64,000 nt of DNA, taken from assembly GCA_963845565.1 (NCBI GenBank), contig CAWJSJ010000002.1:800001-864000 (forward strand), in the 5' to 3' direction. The translations under genes were made by a program, and so were the position numbers. Each line of letters opens with the position of its first letter. The stretch's first letter is position 1. Below are positions 1 through 9,264 of the stretch, piece by piece. This DNA is from an uncultured Methylomirabilota bacterium (lineage in GTDB: Bacteria; Methylomirabilota; Methylomirabilia; Methylomirabilales; 2-02-FULL-66-22). The notes beneath the pieces were generated by a model. The model saw nothing but the letters and a program-made list of their open reading frames with translations, ran no database searches and was not told the origin of the DNA.

Positions 1-597
1 GGGCTGGCGCTGCCCAAGGAGCCCACCATCTTCCTCAAGGCCACCAGCGCGATTAGCGGCCCCGCCGACCCGATCGTCCGCCCCCGGGACGCCGCGAAGC
101 TCGACTACGAAGTGGAGCTGGCGGCGGTGATTGGAAAAGCCGCCCGCCACGTGGACGAGGCGCGCGCTCTCGCCCACGTGGCGGCCTACTGCCTCTTGAA
201 CGACGTCTCCGAGCGGGCCTTCCAGGTCGAACGGGCCGGCACCACCACCAAGGGGAAGAGCTGCGACACCTTCGCCCCCATCGGCCCCTGGCTGGTGACG
301 GCCGACGAGGTGGGCGATCCGCAGGAGCTGGGGTTGTGGACCTCGGTCAGCGGCGAGCGGCGCCAGAACGGCTCCACCAGGGACATGGTCTTCTCGGTCG
401 GGGAGCTCGTCGCCTACGTGAGCCGGTTCATGTCGCTCCAGCCGGGCGATCTTGTCTCCACCGGCACGCCGGCCGGCGTGGGCCATGGCCGCAAGCCGCC
501 GCGCTACCTCCAGCCGGGCGACGTCGTGGAGATGGGCGTCGACGGCCTGGGACACCAGCGCCACGTGGTGGTGGAGTGGAAGGCCGCCCGGCGTTGA
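1..597 (+). CDS. Fumarylacetoacetate hydrolase family protein (5'-truncated by window edge)
   Basis: Frame is open from base 1 (GLALPKEPTIFLKA...KLDYEVELAAVIGK); FAH motifs DYEVEL, NDVSER, GKSCDTFAPIGP, STGTPAGVG. Confidence 0.93.
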   Translation, partial: GLALPKEPTIFLKATSAISGPADPIVRPRDAAKLDYEVELAAVIGKAARHVDEARALAHVAAYCLLNDVSERAFQVERAGTTTKGKSCDTFAPIGPWLVTADEVGDPQELGLWTSVSGERRQNGSTRDMVFSVGELVAYVSRFMSLQPGDLVSTGTPAGVGHGRKPPRYLQPGDVVEMGVDGLGHQRHVVVEWKAARR

Positions 598-648
598 GGC
601 GCGAGGCCCGCCGCGGCGAGCGCGCCGCCTGCAGCCTGAGGTGCGTGG

Positions 649-1452
649 ATGACGACCGAATACGTGCACGGCTATTCCGAGAAAGAGGGTGGGCGGCTGG
701 TGGACCAGGCCACCACTCTGACGGAGCTTCTGCATGGCGACACCGAGTATCCCGCAGGTAGTCTGGTGCTGGAAGCGGGCTGCGGCGTGGGTGCCCAGAC
801 GATCACGCTGGCCAGGAGGAGCCCGCGTGCGACCTTCGTTTCGGTGGACATCTCGCCGGACTCCTTGGCGCAGGCCGAGGAGCGAGTGCAGGGGGCGGGC
901 GTGGCCAACGTGACGTTCCGGCAGGCGGACATCTTTTCCCTGCCTTTCGCCGAGGCGCACTTCGACCATGTGTTCGTGTGTTTTGTGCTGGAGCACCTGG
1001 CACGCCCCGTCCAGGCGCTGCTGGAGCTCGGGCGTGTTCTGAAGGCCGGCGGAACACTCACCGTCATCGAGGGAGACCACGGCTCGGCCTATTTTCACCC
1101 GGACAGCGCTCGCGCCCGGCGCGCCGTTCAATGCCTGGTAGATCTACAGCGGCAAGCCGGCGGCGATGCGTTGATCGGCCGCCGTCTCTACCCCCTGCTC
1201 GTCGCGGCCGGCGTCCGCGAGGTGCGCGTCTCTCCACGTATGGTCTACGTTGATGCAAGCCGGCCGGCGCTGGTGGAGGGCTTCATCCGGAAGACCTTCA
1301 CGGCCATGGTGGAAGGGGCGGGCGCGGAGGCGATTCGGCGGAACATGATTGACGCGGAGTCCTGGGGCAAGGGCATCCGGGATCTGGAACGGACAGCGGA
1401 GCGGGATGGAACATTCTGTTACACGTTCTTCAAGGCCGTCGGCGTGAAGTGA
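649..1452 (+). CDS. Class I SAM-dependent methyltransferase
   Basis: Motif I VLEAGCGVG, acidic VDIS, FDHVFVCFVLEH; GAGG RBS upstream. Confidence 0.9.
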   Translation: MTTEYVHGYSEKEGGRLVDQATTLTELLHGDTEYPAGSLVLEAGCGVGAQTITLARRSPRATFVSVDISPDSLAQAEERVQGAGVANVTFRQADIFSLPFAEAHFDHVFVCFVLEHLARPVQALLELGRVLKAGGTLTVIEGDHGSAYFHPDSARARRAVQCLVDLQRQAGGDALIGRRLYPLLVAAGVREVRVSPRMVYVDASRPALVEGFIRKTFTAMVEGAGAEAIRRNMIDAESWGKGIRDLERTAERDGTFCYTFFKAVGVK

Positions 1453-1453
1453 C

Positions 1454-2401
1454 ATGATCGCCATCCTGAACGTCACCGCCCCGTTTTTTGCGCTCGTGCT
1501 GTGCGGGTACCTCGCCGCGCGGTGTCGCCTGCTGCCGGACAACGCCGTCCCCGCCCTCAACACCTTCGTCCTGTATTTCGCGCTCCCGTGCATGCTGTTT
1601 CGCTTTGCCGCTGGGGCGCCGTTCCAGGATATCGTCAATGTGCCGGTATTTCTGGCCTACATGGTGACCGGCCTCACGGTGCTTGCGCTCTTTGCGGCGG
1701 CGATGCGCTTCGTGGCGGGTGAGGGGGTGCGCGACGCCACCTTTGCGGCACTCGCGGTGGCGTGGTCGAATTGGGGCTACATGGGCATCCCGCTGCTGCC
1801 GGCACTCCTGGGCCAGGCCGCGCTGCCGCCGCTGATCGCGGCGGGTATGGCCGACCTGCTCGTGGTGATTTCGGCAGCGCTGGCGTGCGCGTCGCTGGGG
1901 AATCGGGGCGCGGGTGGCATGCGCGCCGCACTCGCGGGAGCGCTGATCCACGCCGCCCAGAACCCGCTCGCGTGGGCGGTGATTGCGGGGAGTGCGTTTT
2001 CTGCCGGTGAGTTGCGCCTGCCGGACCCCGTGGACCAGTTCGCCCGGCTGCTGGGTCAGGCAGCCGGGCCGGTGGCGCTTTTCACCATCGGGGTGTCACT
2101 CTACCGGCCGGCCGCCGCCGCCTGGGGCGGCGACGTTCTGGTGATCGCCGGCGCCAAGCTTTTGCTCCATCCGGGTCTCGCGGGTCTGCTGGCGGTGTTT
2201 GTGTTCCGTCTCACGCCGCTCGAGGTGCACACGCTGGTTCTGGCCGCCGCGCTGCCCGTGGGCGGTTCGGTATTCTTGTTCGCCGAACGACAGGGTGCCA
2301 ACGCGGAACGTATCGCCGCGGCCATCCTCGTCTCGACGGCGTGTGCCTTCGTGACGTTCTCCACCCTCTGCTGGGCCCTCGGCATTCGGCTGCCGGGCTA
2401 A
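1454..2401 (+). CDS. AEC (auxin efflux carrier) family transporter
   Basis: About 10 hydrophobic segments; LNTFVLYFALP and SNWGYMGIP motifs. Confidence 0.88.
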   Translation: MIAILNVTAPFFALVLCGYLAARCRLLPDNAVPALNTFVLYFALPCMLFRFAAGAPFQDIVNVPVFLAYMVTGLTVLALFAAAMRFVAGEGVRDATFAALAVAWSNWGYMGIPLLPALLGQAALPPLIAAGMADLLVVISAALACASLGNRGAGGMRAALAGALIHAAQNPLAWAVIAGSAFSAGELRLPDPVDQFARLLGQAAGPVALFTIGVSLYRPAAAAWGGDVLVIAGAKLLLHPGLAGLLAVFVFRLTPLEVHTLVLAAALPVGGSVFLFAERQGANAERIAAAILVSTACAFVTFSTLCWALGIRLPG

Positions 2402-2492
2402 GTCCGCGGACATCCGCCACGCTCACGACGACTCGTGGACCGAACGTCAAGCGCGCCCTCTGCACACACGCGGCCTGCCCGTCGCGAGGACC

Positions 2493-3317
2493 TCATACTC
2501 CGGTCGGGATCCTCACCACCTGGATGGCGTTCTCGACCGATTCGACGCCCTTGACCGACCTCAAGACGGTTTCCGCCCTGGTTTTCTGTTCCGGCACGTC
2601 CACATTGCCGCTCACGCGGACCTTCTGCGGCCCCACCACCCCAACGGCCAGCGAGGTATAGAGTCCACGTCCGAAACCCGCCTCCACCAGGGCGGCCTCC
2701 GCCCGACTGGTCAGGGCCATAGTTTCCAAGGACGTGATGGCTTCCGCAGAGGCCTCGGAAATTTCGGCGGAGCGAGCCATGTGGAGCACCGTGTCGACCG
2801 CCAAGTTCACGGTCACCTTGTCCATGTTAAGGACGAGGTCATACCGCTCGGGATTCTCCCAGTCCACCCCGAAAGCGAATTTGACGAACGCGCCCCGTTC
2901 GTCGTCGCTGCGCTTGATCGCTCGGGCAGCCGCTTCCCGGTTGAGTCCCTGGTTCATCAATGTCCGAACGCAGGTCTCTGGCGATGCCGTCACCCGAACG
3001 TGCAAGGTGCAGGGAAAGTCCCGCAAGAGAATGTGACTGCCCCTGCCCAGGAAGACGGCATTCCCCCGTCTGGCCAATTCATAGATCACCGAGTAGAGTC
3101 GTTCGAGATAGACCATGGGGGCATGAGAAAAAACCCTGTGGAGCATGGATGGCACCTTCTCATCGATCTCGCGCACGCTCCCCAGGACGCCCAACTCCTC
3201 GGCCATGTGATTGATCGCCTTGGTGTCGTAGAGCGGATACCCGAGGCCGCTGGCCACCCTCTTGGCCACTTCGGTTCCCTGGGTTCCCATTTTTCGAGAG
3301 AACGTGATCCATTTCAT
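2493..3317 (-). CDS. Cytidylate kinase-like family protein with C-terminal BON domain
   Basis: ITFSRKMGTQG, VFLGRG, YDLVLN motifs; C-terminal VRVSG...VKGVESVENAIQV is BON-like. Confidence 0.85.
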   Translation of the reverse strand: MKWITFSRKMGTQGTEVAKRVASGLGYPLYDTKAINHMAEELGVLGSVREIDEKVPSMLHRVFSHAPMVYLERLYSVIYELARRGNAVFLGRGSHILLRDFPCTLHVRVTASPETCVRTLMNQGLNREAAARAIKRSDDERGAFVKFAFGVDWENPERYDLVLNMDKVTVNLAVDTVLHMARSAEISEASAEAITSLETMALTSRAEAALVEAGFGRGLYTSLAVGVVGPQKVRVSGNVDVPEQKTRAETVLRSVKGVESVENAIQVVRIPTGV

Positions 3318-3581
3318 CGCGCACCTCCTTGTGGACCGCGCCTTTCACGCTCTGCGCGAGCCATGATGCCGCCGCGCCGCTCCTGGACCGTTCAGGATCC
3401 GAATGACCACAAACAGGACCAACCGACTCTCCATGAGAGACTCCGCCAAAGGAACACCAGACGCGACAGCAAGGCTTCCTACAGTAAATATAGGACATCG
3501 CGCGCGGAACGTCATCGGGCCCAAGGAAGATAGCGCCCACGTATCTCGGGCGTGCAATGCTCTGCGGCGGTCACTTTTTTC

Positions 3582-3610
3582 TTGCCTCCCTGCGCTCTGC
3601 GCTCTAGTAT
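3582..3610 (+). promoter_or_regulatory. Putative sigma70 promoter upstream of a structured RNA candidate
   Basis: TTGCCT-N17-TAGTAT. Confidence 0.45.
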
Positions 3611-3617
3611 GCACCCA

Positions 3618-3714
3618 GGGCATCCGACGCCAGGGCCCCGGAGACGGTGACAGCGGGCTGGACGGCCACCCCAGCAATCGCGCCTTGGCTGAAACGGATG
3701 CCCGTTTCTTTTCC
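3618..3714 (+). ncRNA. Candidate structured small RNA or leader (family not recognised)
   Basis: 9-bp perfect closing stem (3618-26/3695-3703), 8-bp second stem, GAGA tetraloop hairpin, third hairpin and a T-rich tail; promoter-like motif immediately upstream. Confidence 0.4.
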
Positions 3715-3922
3715 GAAGGTTGCCTTCCAGGGCAAGCCAGCGCTGGTCCCCCCCGCCACAGGCCTGGCACTCCCACGCCCGCCGCGGCCGCCCTTCTCGA
3801 GTGGTCGCGTTGCCGAACGATCGGGATTTCCACTTGACAGGAATTCCGTCTACGCCTATCTGTTCGCCTGGGCATGGACATATCCGGTGACCATTCTGCT
3901 GTCGTCCACACAAGGAGACCGT

Positions 3923-4687
3923 ATGAGCACGCCGACGCTTGAACTCATGCATCGCCATGGGTCCGTCCGAAAGCACAAGGCGGACCCCGTTCCGCTGGAG
4001 ACGATCGACGCGGTGGTCCACGCCGCCCAGCGGGCCTCCACCTCCTCGAATCTCCAGGTGGTGAGCGTCGTTGCCGTGACGGAGGCGGCGACACGGGCGC
4101 GCCTGGCCGAGATCTGTGGGCAGGAGCACGTCGGCCGGGCGCCGGTCGTCCTGGTGTGGTGCGCGGATCTCCGCCGACTCGACCGAGCCTGCGAACTGCG
4201 GGGCTATACGCAGGTGACGGACTACGTCGAGAACTTCCTCATGTGCGCCGTGGACGTCGGCATTGCCGCCCAGAGCGCGGCGCTGGCCGCGGAATCACTG
4301 GGGCTCGGGATCTGCTACCTGGGGAGCATCCGTAACGACACGCAAAAGGTGATCGACCTCCTCACGCTTCCTCGCCTGGTATTCCCCGTGGTCGGCATGA
4401 CCCTGGGGTGGCCCGTCGCCGCGCCGGTCGTTCGGCCACGCCTCCCGACTGCGGCAATTCTGTACCGGGAGACATATGATGCAGCGCACCGAGATGCGGC
4501 GCTGGCCGAGTACGACCAGACCATGATCGCGACCGGGATCTACGAGGGGCGGCAAGTGCCCGTTCCGGGCAAGCCGGATCAAGTGGAGTCGTACGGGTGG
4601 CTGGAGCACTCGGCGCGGCGGGCCGCGCAGGCGGCGCGGACGGAACTGCGGGACGTCCTGAAGCGGCAAGGATTCCCCCTCGAATAG
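3923..4687 (+). CDS. NADPH-dependent nitroreductase / flavin oxidoreductase (NfsA/Frp family)
   Basis: HGSVRKH, ASTSSNLQ, AAESLGLGICYLGSIRN, RPRLP; AAGGAG RBS before ATG 3923; TTGACA at 3834. Confidence 0.92.
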   Translation: MSTPTLELMHRHGSVRKHKADPVPLETIDAVVHAAQRASTSSNLQVVSVVAVTEAATRARLAEICGQEHVGRAPVVLVWCADLRRLDRACELRGYTQVTDYVENFLMCAVDVGIAAQSAALAAESLGLGICYLGSIRNDTQKVIDLLTLPRLVFPVVGMTLGWPVAAPVVRPRLPTAAILYRETYDAAHRDAALAEYDQTMIATGIYEGRQVPVPGKPDQVESYGWLEHSARRAAQAARTELRDVLKRQGFPLE

Positions 4688-4790
4688 GCCGTTGTCAAAG
4701 AATTACTTGACCGGAGAAATTCTGGAAACGGCATAAGGGGCCGTAACGAAATTCCAAGAAATGGGCAAGTTATTTCGTAACGGCTCCTAA
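4685..4790 (+). mobile_element. Twin-hairpin miniature element, family A, copy 1
   Basis: TAG-GCCGTTGTCAAAGAAT...TTATTTCGTAACGGCTCC-TAA; similar copies at 5722-5826 and 33800-33904. Confidence 0.8.
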
Positions 4791-4866
4791 GCACCGAGCA
4801 GCCAAGCCTCCGATCGTGGGACGTGACGACGCGCCGCGGGCGGGGCCGACGGACAAGGGGGGTGTG

Positions 4867-5724
4867 ATGCGGTTTCTGCGGCCCGCGATCCTGGGTGGGC
4901 TCCTCTTCGGGGTTGGGCTGGCCGGGATGTTGACGGCCCATGCGGACGAGGTGCCTTACATTCAAACGCCGACCAGCGTCGTGGACGCGATGCTCGCCAT
5001 TGCCGAGGTGGGACCGCAGGATTTCGTGGTGGACCTCGGCTCGGGCGACGGCCGTATCGTCATCGCCGCGGCCGCGCGGTACCAGGCGCGCGGGCTGGGG
5101 ATTGATTACGACCAGACCCTGATCGCGGAGAGCCGAGCGAACGCGGCACGCGCGGGCGTGTCCGACAGGGTGGCGTTTCTCCACCAGGACATCTTCCTGG
5201 CGGATTTTCGGCACGCCACGGTGGTGACCATGTACCTCCTGCCGGAGGTGAACTTGGAGCTCCGACCGCGCATCCTGTTCGATCTCAAGCCCGGCACCCG
5301 CGTGGTGTCGCACGATTGGGACATGGGCGATTGGGAACCCGATCGCCGCCTAGTGGTGGCAGCACCGGAGAAGACCATCGGACTTCGGAAGGAGAGCGCG
5401 GTCTTCCTCTGGACGGTTCCGGCGCGGGTCGCGGGGTACTGGCGCGGGACGCTAACCGGGCCGGGCGGCGCGGAGTCCGTGGCGATCGACGTCGTGCAGC
5501 GGTTCCAGACCGCCTCGGCGACCGTGTGGCTGCGACGCTGGGGCCTTGCCGGCGCCGGCCGCCTTCGCGGGGAGACCCTCTCCCTGGTCCTGGAACGGTC
5601 GCCGTGGATGCCCGATTCGCCCCCGCTGCAGTTCACCCTCCGGGTCGCCGCTGGCCGCCTCGAGGGGGATGCAGTCGACGGAGGCGCACGTTACGTTCTG
5701 CGGGCGACGCGAGTCGTCGAGTAG
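4867..5724 (+). CDS. Signal-peptide-bearing class I SAM-dependent methyltransferase with C-terminal beta-rich extension
   Basis: N-terminal MRFLRPAILGGLLFGVGLAGMLTAHA; VPYIQTP, VDLGSGDGRI, VVTMYLL, RVVSHDW motifs. Confidence 0.85.
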   Translation: MRFLRPAILGGLLFGVGLAGMLTAHADEVPYIQTPTSVVDAMLAIAEVGPQDFVVDLGSGDGRIVIAAAARYQARGLGIDYDQTLIAESRANAARAGVSDRVAFLHQDIFLADFRHATVVTMYLLPEVNLELRPRILFDLKPGTRVVSHDWDMGDWEPDRRLVVAAPEKTIGLRKESAVFLWTVPARVAGYWRGTLTGPGGAESVAIDVVQRFQTASATVWLRRWGLAGAGRLRGETLSLVLERSPWMPDSPPLQFTLRVAAGRLEGDAVDGGARYVLRATRVVE

Positions 5725-5826
5725 GCCGTTGTCAAAGAATTACCTGACCGGAGAAATTCTGCAACGGCATAAGGAGCCGTAACGAAATCACAACAAATGG
5801 CCAAGTTATTTCGTAACGGCTCCTAA
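5722..5826 (+). mobile_element. Twin-hairpin miniature element, family A, copy 2
   Basis: Aligns end to end with 4685-4790; begins at the TAG stop of the upstream gene. Confidence 0.8.
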
Positions 5827-6044
5827 CCGACGAGGCGTCCGCCCTTTTCTGCCGGTGCAATCCGTCTGCAGTCCCTCGGTCGCGACGGCGTTCCGGTGCG
5901 GACCCCCCCGAATGTCTTCTTGATCCTGCAGGCAGCGCTCCGGCGTGGAGCCGCTGCGACGGCTGTGATATAGTCGTCTGCACCTTTGTGGTGGACCGGC
6001 CGGGAGCGACCCACGGTGGGGCACGACAGGGGGAGAGGCGTGCG

Positions 6045-7247
6045 ATGGGGTTCCTGATCCGGGCATCCTGCCTGTGGGACGGCGATACGGGCTGGGGCGC
6101 CCGGCCGGTGGCCGTGCGGGTGGACGGCGATCGCATCGCGCGGATCGAGAGGGAATGCGCCCCCCTCGCCGCGGACGTCGTCGAGGTCCTCGATTTTGGC
6201 GAGGCGACGATCCTGCCCGGCCTCTTCGATCTGCACACGCACCTCGGGATCAACCACCGGACGGGGGACATCAAGACGCAGATGGGAGACCCGGCCGTGC
6301 AGCACGTGCTGGCCGGGTTGCAGGGCCTCCGTGCGGACCTGGAATCCGGGGTCACGACGGCCAAGCTCAACGGGGACCGGGAGTTCTTCGACATCCAGGT
6401 GCGGGATGCCATTCGCGACGGAGTGGTGCAAGGGCCGCGGCTCGCCGTATCCGGGCGGGGCATCAAGTCCTCGCGCTGCACGGGCGGCGTGGTAGCGACC
6501 TGCATCGTGGATGATGTGGACGCGATCGGTCGGTGCGTGGAGGAGAATCTGGCCGCCGGTGCAGATTGGGTCAAACTGTTCTCCTCGGGGAGCGTCTTTG
6601 GCGCGCTCGCGGACGTGCTCCAGCCGTTCTATGGGCCGGCACAGCTCTCTGTCGCGGCCTCGAAGGCCCATGCCGCGGGCAAGCGCATGAGCTCGCACTG
6701 CTTCGGGGGAGACGCCGCCGATGCCTGCATCGCGGCAGGCGTGGACGTGATCGATCACGGGTGGCTGCTCACGGACCGGCAACTGGAGGCGATGGCGAAA
6801 CGCGGTACCTGGCTCTGCCCCACGGTGGGCGTCCTGACTCACCCGGATGGCGTCCTGGGACACGTCCCGCCGGGATCCGCGCGCGAGGACGCGAAGCGGC
6901 GGATCGACGAGGTGCGCGAGGTCGTCCGGAAGGCGCTGCGGGTCGGGGTGCCGCTTCTGGTCGGGACCGACGCCATGCATGGCGGACTGGCCTACGAACT
7001 CACGACGCTTCAAGAGCTCGGCGGCGCGCCGCCGATCCTCTTGAAGGCCACGACGGCCGGCGCAGCGACGGCCCTGGGCGTCGCCGGGGACCGCGGAGCC
7101 GTGCGGGAGGGCGCAGTCGCCGACCTGGTGGTTGTCCGAGGCAATGCCCTGCGGGACGTGGGCTGCGTCGCCGATGTCCTGCTCGTCATGCAGGCCGGGC
7201 GGATCGTTCGTCGAGAGCCGCGAGCCGCGAGCCGCGAGCCGCGCTGA
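6045..7247 (+). CDS. Amidohydrolase family protein (Xaa-Pro dipeptidase-like metal-dependent hydrolase)
   Basis: PGLFDLHTH, WVKL, SSHC, IDHG, GTDA metal-ligand pattern; ADLVVV C-terminus; GAGG RBS. Confidence 0.88.
   Translation: MGFLIRASCLWDGDTGWGARPVAVRVDGDRIARIERECAPLAADVVEVLDFGEATILPGLFDLHTHLGINHRTGDIKTQMGDPAVQHVLAGLQGLRADLESGVTTAKLNGDREFFDIQVRDAIRDGVVQGPRLAVSGRGIKSSRCTGGVVATCIVDDVDAIGRCVEENLAAGADWVKLFSSGSVFGALADVLQPFYGPAQLSVAASKAHAAGKRMSSHCFGGDAADACIAAGVDVIDHGWLLTDRQLEAMAKRGTWLCPTVGVLTHPDGVLGHVPPGSAREDAKRRIDEVREVVRKALRVGVPLLVGTDAMHGGLAYELTTLQELGGAPPILLKATTAGAATALGVAGDRGAVREGAVADLVVVRGNALRDVGCVADVLLVMQAGRIVRREPRAASREPR
7215..7242 (+). repeat. Heptamer tandem repeat (GAGCCGC)x4
   Basis: Four perfect copies at the 3' end of the amidohydrolase gene. 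Confidence 0.9.
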
Positions 7248-7312
7248 GGTCTGCGCGATCGCGCACGCTCTGCAGTGTTCAATTTGGGTGGAACGGAGAA
7301 ACGGAGCAAGGG

Positions 7313-8317
7313 ATGAAACCGAGATTGGCGTGGGTGCTGGGCGATCCGGCGGGAATCGGACCGGAACTGGTTGCGAAGAGTCTGGCCGCTGCCGACATGA
7401 CGGCGGCCTGCCAGCCCGTCGTGGTCGGCCCGATGTGGCTCTTGCAGCGCGGGATGCGAGTCGCCAAGGTCAGCCTGCCTGCGGCCCGTTGCGATGCCGA
7501 CAACGTCGGCAACGTCTCGGCGGGCACCGTGCCGGTGGTGGACCCGGGGTGGCCGGAGCAAGAGCATCCCTACGGGGTGCTCAGCGCTGCGGCGGGGAAA
7601 CTGACCATCGAGATGCTGAAGGTCGCGATGGACATGGCGCGGGGCAAGCAAGTGGAGGGGGTCGTTTTCGGCCCGCTCAACAAGGAGGCCCTGAACAAGG
7701 GGGGCAATCCGCACAAGGACGAGTTGCACCTCTTTGCGGAGTGGCTGGGCGATCGCGACGTGAGCGAGATCAACGCCGCCGCCGGATTGGTCACCACTCG
7801 GGTCACGTCGCACATACCCCTCAAGGACGTCGCGGCGAGAATCCGCCCGGACCGGATCATGCTGGCGATCCGAATGTTGCATAAGACCTTGAAGGAAACC
7901 GGGACTGAGGACGGGAAGATCGGGGTCGCGGCCCTGAATCCGCACGGCGGAGAGCATGGCCTCTGCGGCACCGAGGAGATTGAGATCATCGAGCCGACCG
8001 TCACCCGGGCCCGGGCGGAGGGGATCCCTGCGCTCGGTCCCTTCCCGGCGGACACCATCTTCCTCCGCGCCAAGAAGGGGGAGTTCCAGGGTGTCGTGAT
8101 CATGTACCATGACCAGGGACAGATCGCCACGAAGCTCCTGGGGTTCGATCAGGGGGTGACGATCCAGGGCGGCCTCTCCGTGGTCACCACCACACCGGCG
8201 CACGGGACGGCCTTTGACATCGCTGGAAAAGGTGTCGCGAACCCGGGTGCGTTCCAGCAGGCGGTGCGATTGGCCGCCCGAATGGCCGCCGTTCGAGCGG
8301 CCGCCGACAACCGATAG
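7313..8317 (+). CDS. pdxA: PdxA-family dehydrogenase (4-hydroxythreonine-4-phosphate dehydrogenase-like; possibly catabolic PdxA2 type)
   Basis: GDPAGIGPE, PLNK, HIPL, ALNPHGGE, GPFPADT, MYHDQG, TTPAHGTAFDIAGKG. Confidence 0.9.
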   Translation: MKPRLAWVLGDPAGIGPELVAKSLAAADMTAACQPVVVGPMWLLQRGMRVAKVSLPAARCDADNVGNVSAGTVPVVDPGWPEQEHPYGVLSAAAGKLTIEMLKVAMDMARGKQVEGVVFGPLNKEALNKGGNPHKDELHLFAEWLGDRDVSEINAAAGLVTTRVTSHIPLKDVAARIRPDRIMLAIRMLHKTLKETGTEDGKIGVAALNPHGGEHGLCGTEEIEIIEPTVTRARAEGIPALGPFPADTIFLRAKKGEFQGVVIMYHDQGQIATKLLGFDQGVTIQGGLSVVTTTPAHGTAFDIAGKGVANPGAFQQAVRLAARMAAVRAAADNR

Positions 8318-8333
8318 GATAGCCGAGGCACCG

Positions 8334-9212
8334 ATGCGTCCATCCGCAGACAACTTGCCGTTCAACCTGGAGAGCTTCCAGGGCCGCTTCGTTCCGGCCG
8401 ACATCAGCGCCGCGCCCTCGGATCGGGAGGGCCGCTGGTTCCTGACTCAGAATCAAAACATCTTCCTGTTGGAGCAGCGTCAGGGCGCCGACCGGATTCC
8501 GGTGGGCGCCATCCCCGCGGGCTTCACGGGCAAAGTGGAGAGCATCGTCCACTTCGGCACCTATCTCGGCGTGCCATGCTGGGCGGGGACCGTGGAGGCG
8601 GGCCTGGAGCCGCCACCAGGTTTCCGTCGCGAAAAGCTGGCGCCGGGGCAGATCGAGCTGAGCGATGACCTGCTCTCGCTCTGCGGCCTGGCGCAGCAGG
8701 CGACGTACTGGGAGGAGACCAGTTGGCATTGCCCCCGCTGCGGCGAGCCGACGGTCGCCATCAAGGGGGAGCGGGGAAAGCGCTGCCTTCGCTGCAAGTA
8801 CGACCATTACCCGCACCTGCACCCGGCCGTGATCGTCCTGATCCGGGACGGCGACCGTCTCCTCCTCACCCGGAAGTCGTTCTGGGCGAAAGGCCGATAT
8901 GGACTGGTGGCGGGGTTCGTGGACATCGGCGAGTCGCTGGAGGCCGCCGCCCGCCGCGAGATCCGCGAAGAGGTCGGCGTAGAGGTCCGCGATCTGCAAT
9001 ACGTCGCCAGCCAGTACTGGCCGTTTCCGAGCCAGCTCATGGTCGGATTCGTGGCTACCTATGTGAGCGGCGTCGTCCGCCCCGACCACACGGAGATCGA
9101 AGACGCGCGCTGGTTCCCCCTCACGGATCTCCCGGACCTTCCCGGCAAGCACAGTATTGCCCGGTTCATTCTCGACCACTATGCGCGATCGAACGGAGCC
9201 GGGCCTGCGTGA
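8334..9212 (+). CDS. nudC: NAD(H) diphosphatase NudC
   Basis: Zn finger CPRCG...CLRC, Nudix box AGFVDIGESLEAAARREIREEVG, SQYWPFPSQLM signature. Confidence 0.93.
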   Translation: MRPSADNLPFNLESFQGRFVPADISAAPSDREGRWFLTQNQNIFLLEQRQGADRIPVGAIPAGFTGKVESIVHFGTYLGVPCWAGTVEAGLEPPPGFRREKLAPGQIELSDDLLSLCGLAQQATYWEETSWHCPRCGEPTVAIKGERGKRCLRCKYDHYPHLHPAVIVLIRDGDRLLLTRKSFWAKGRYGLVAGFVDIGESLEAAARREIREEVGVEVRDLQYVASQYWPFPSQLMVGFVATYVSGVVRPDHTEIEDARWFPLTDLPDLPGKHSIARFILDHYARSNGAGPA

Positions 9213-9264
9213 TACTCCGCGCCGGCGAACCGCTGTTCATCCGATTTGTTGAAGGAGAGGACTC

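Noticed and set aside
3629..3655. SRP (4.5S) RNA resemblance (GCCAGG..GNRA..CAGC)
   Set aside because: The spacing and the AGCAG internal-loop strand do not fit SRP helix 8. Kept only as an unknown RNA candidate.
4685..5826. CRISPR array or tRNA interpretation of the repeats
   Set aside because: The copies are ~105 bp, dispersed and not regularly spaced. There are no cas genes and no cloverleaf or T-loop.
6533..7312. Long N-terminal extensions of the PdxA ORF (and of ORFs 25565, 27596, 60549, 3647)
   Set aside because: They overlap real upstream genes or promoters. Internal ATGs with an RBS match the expected family lengths.
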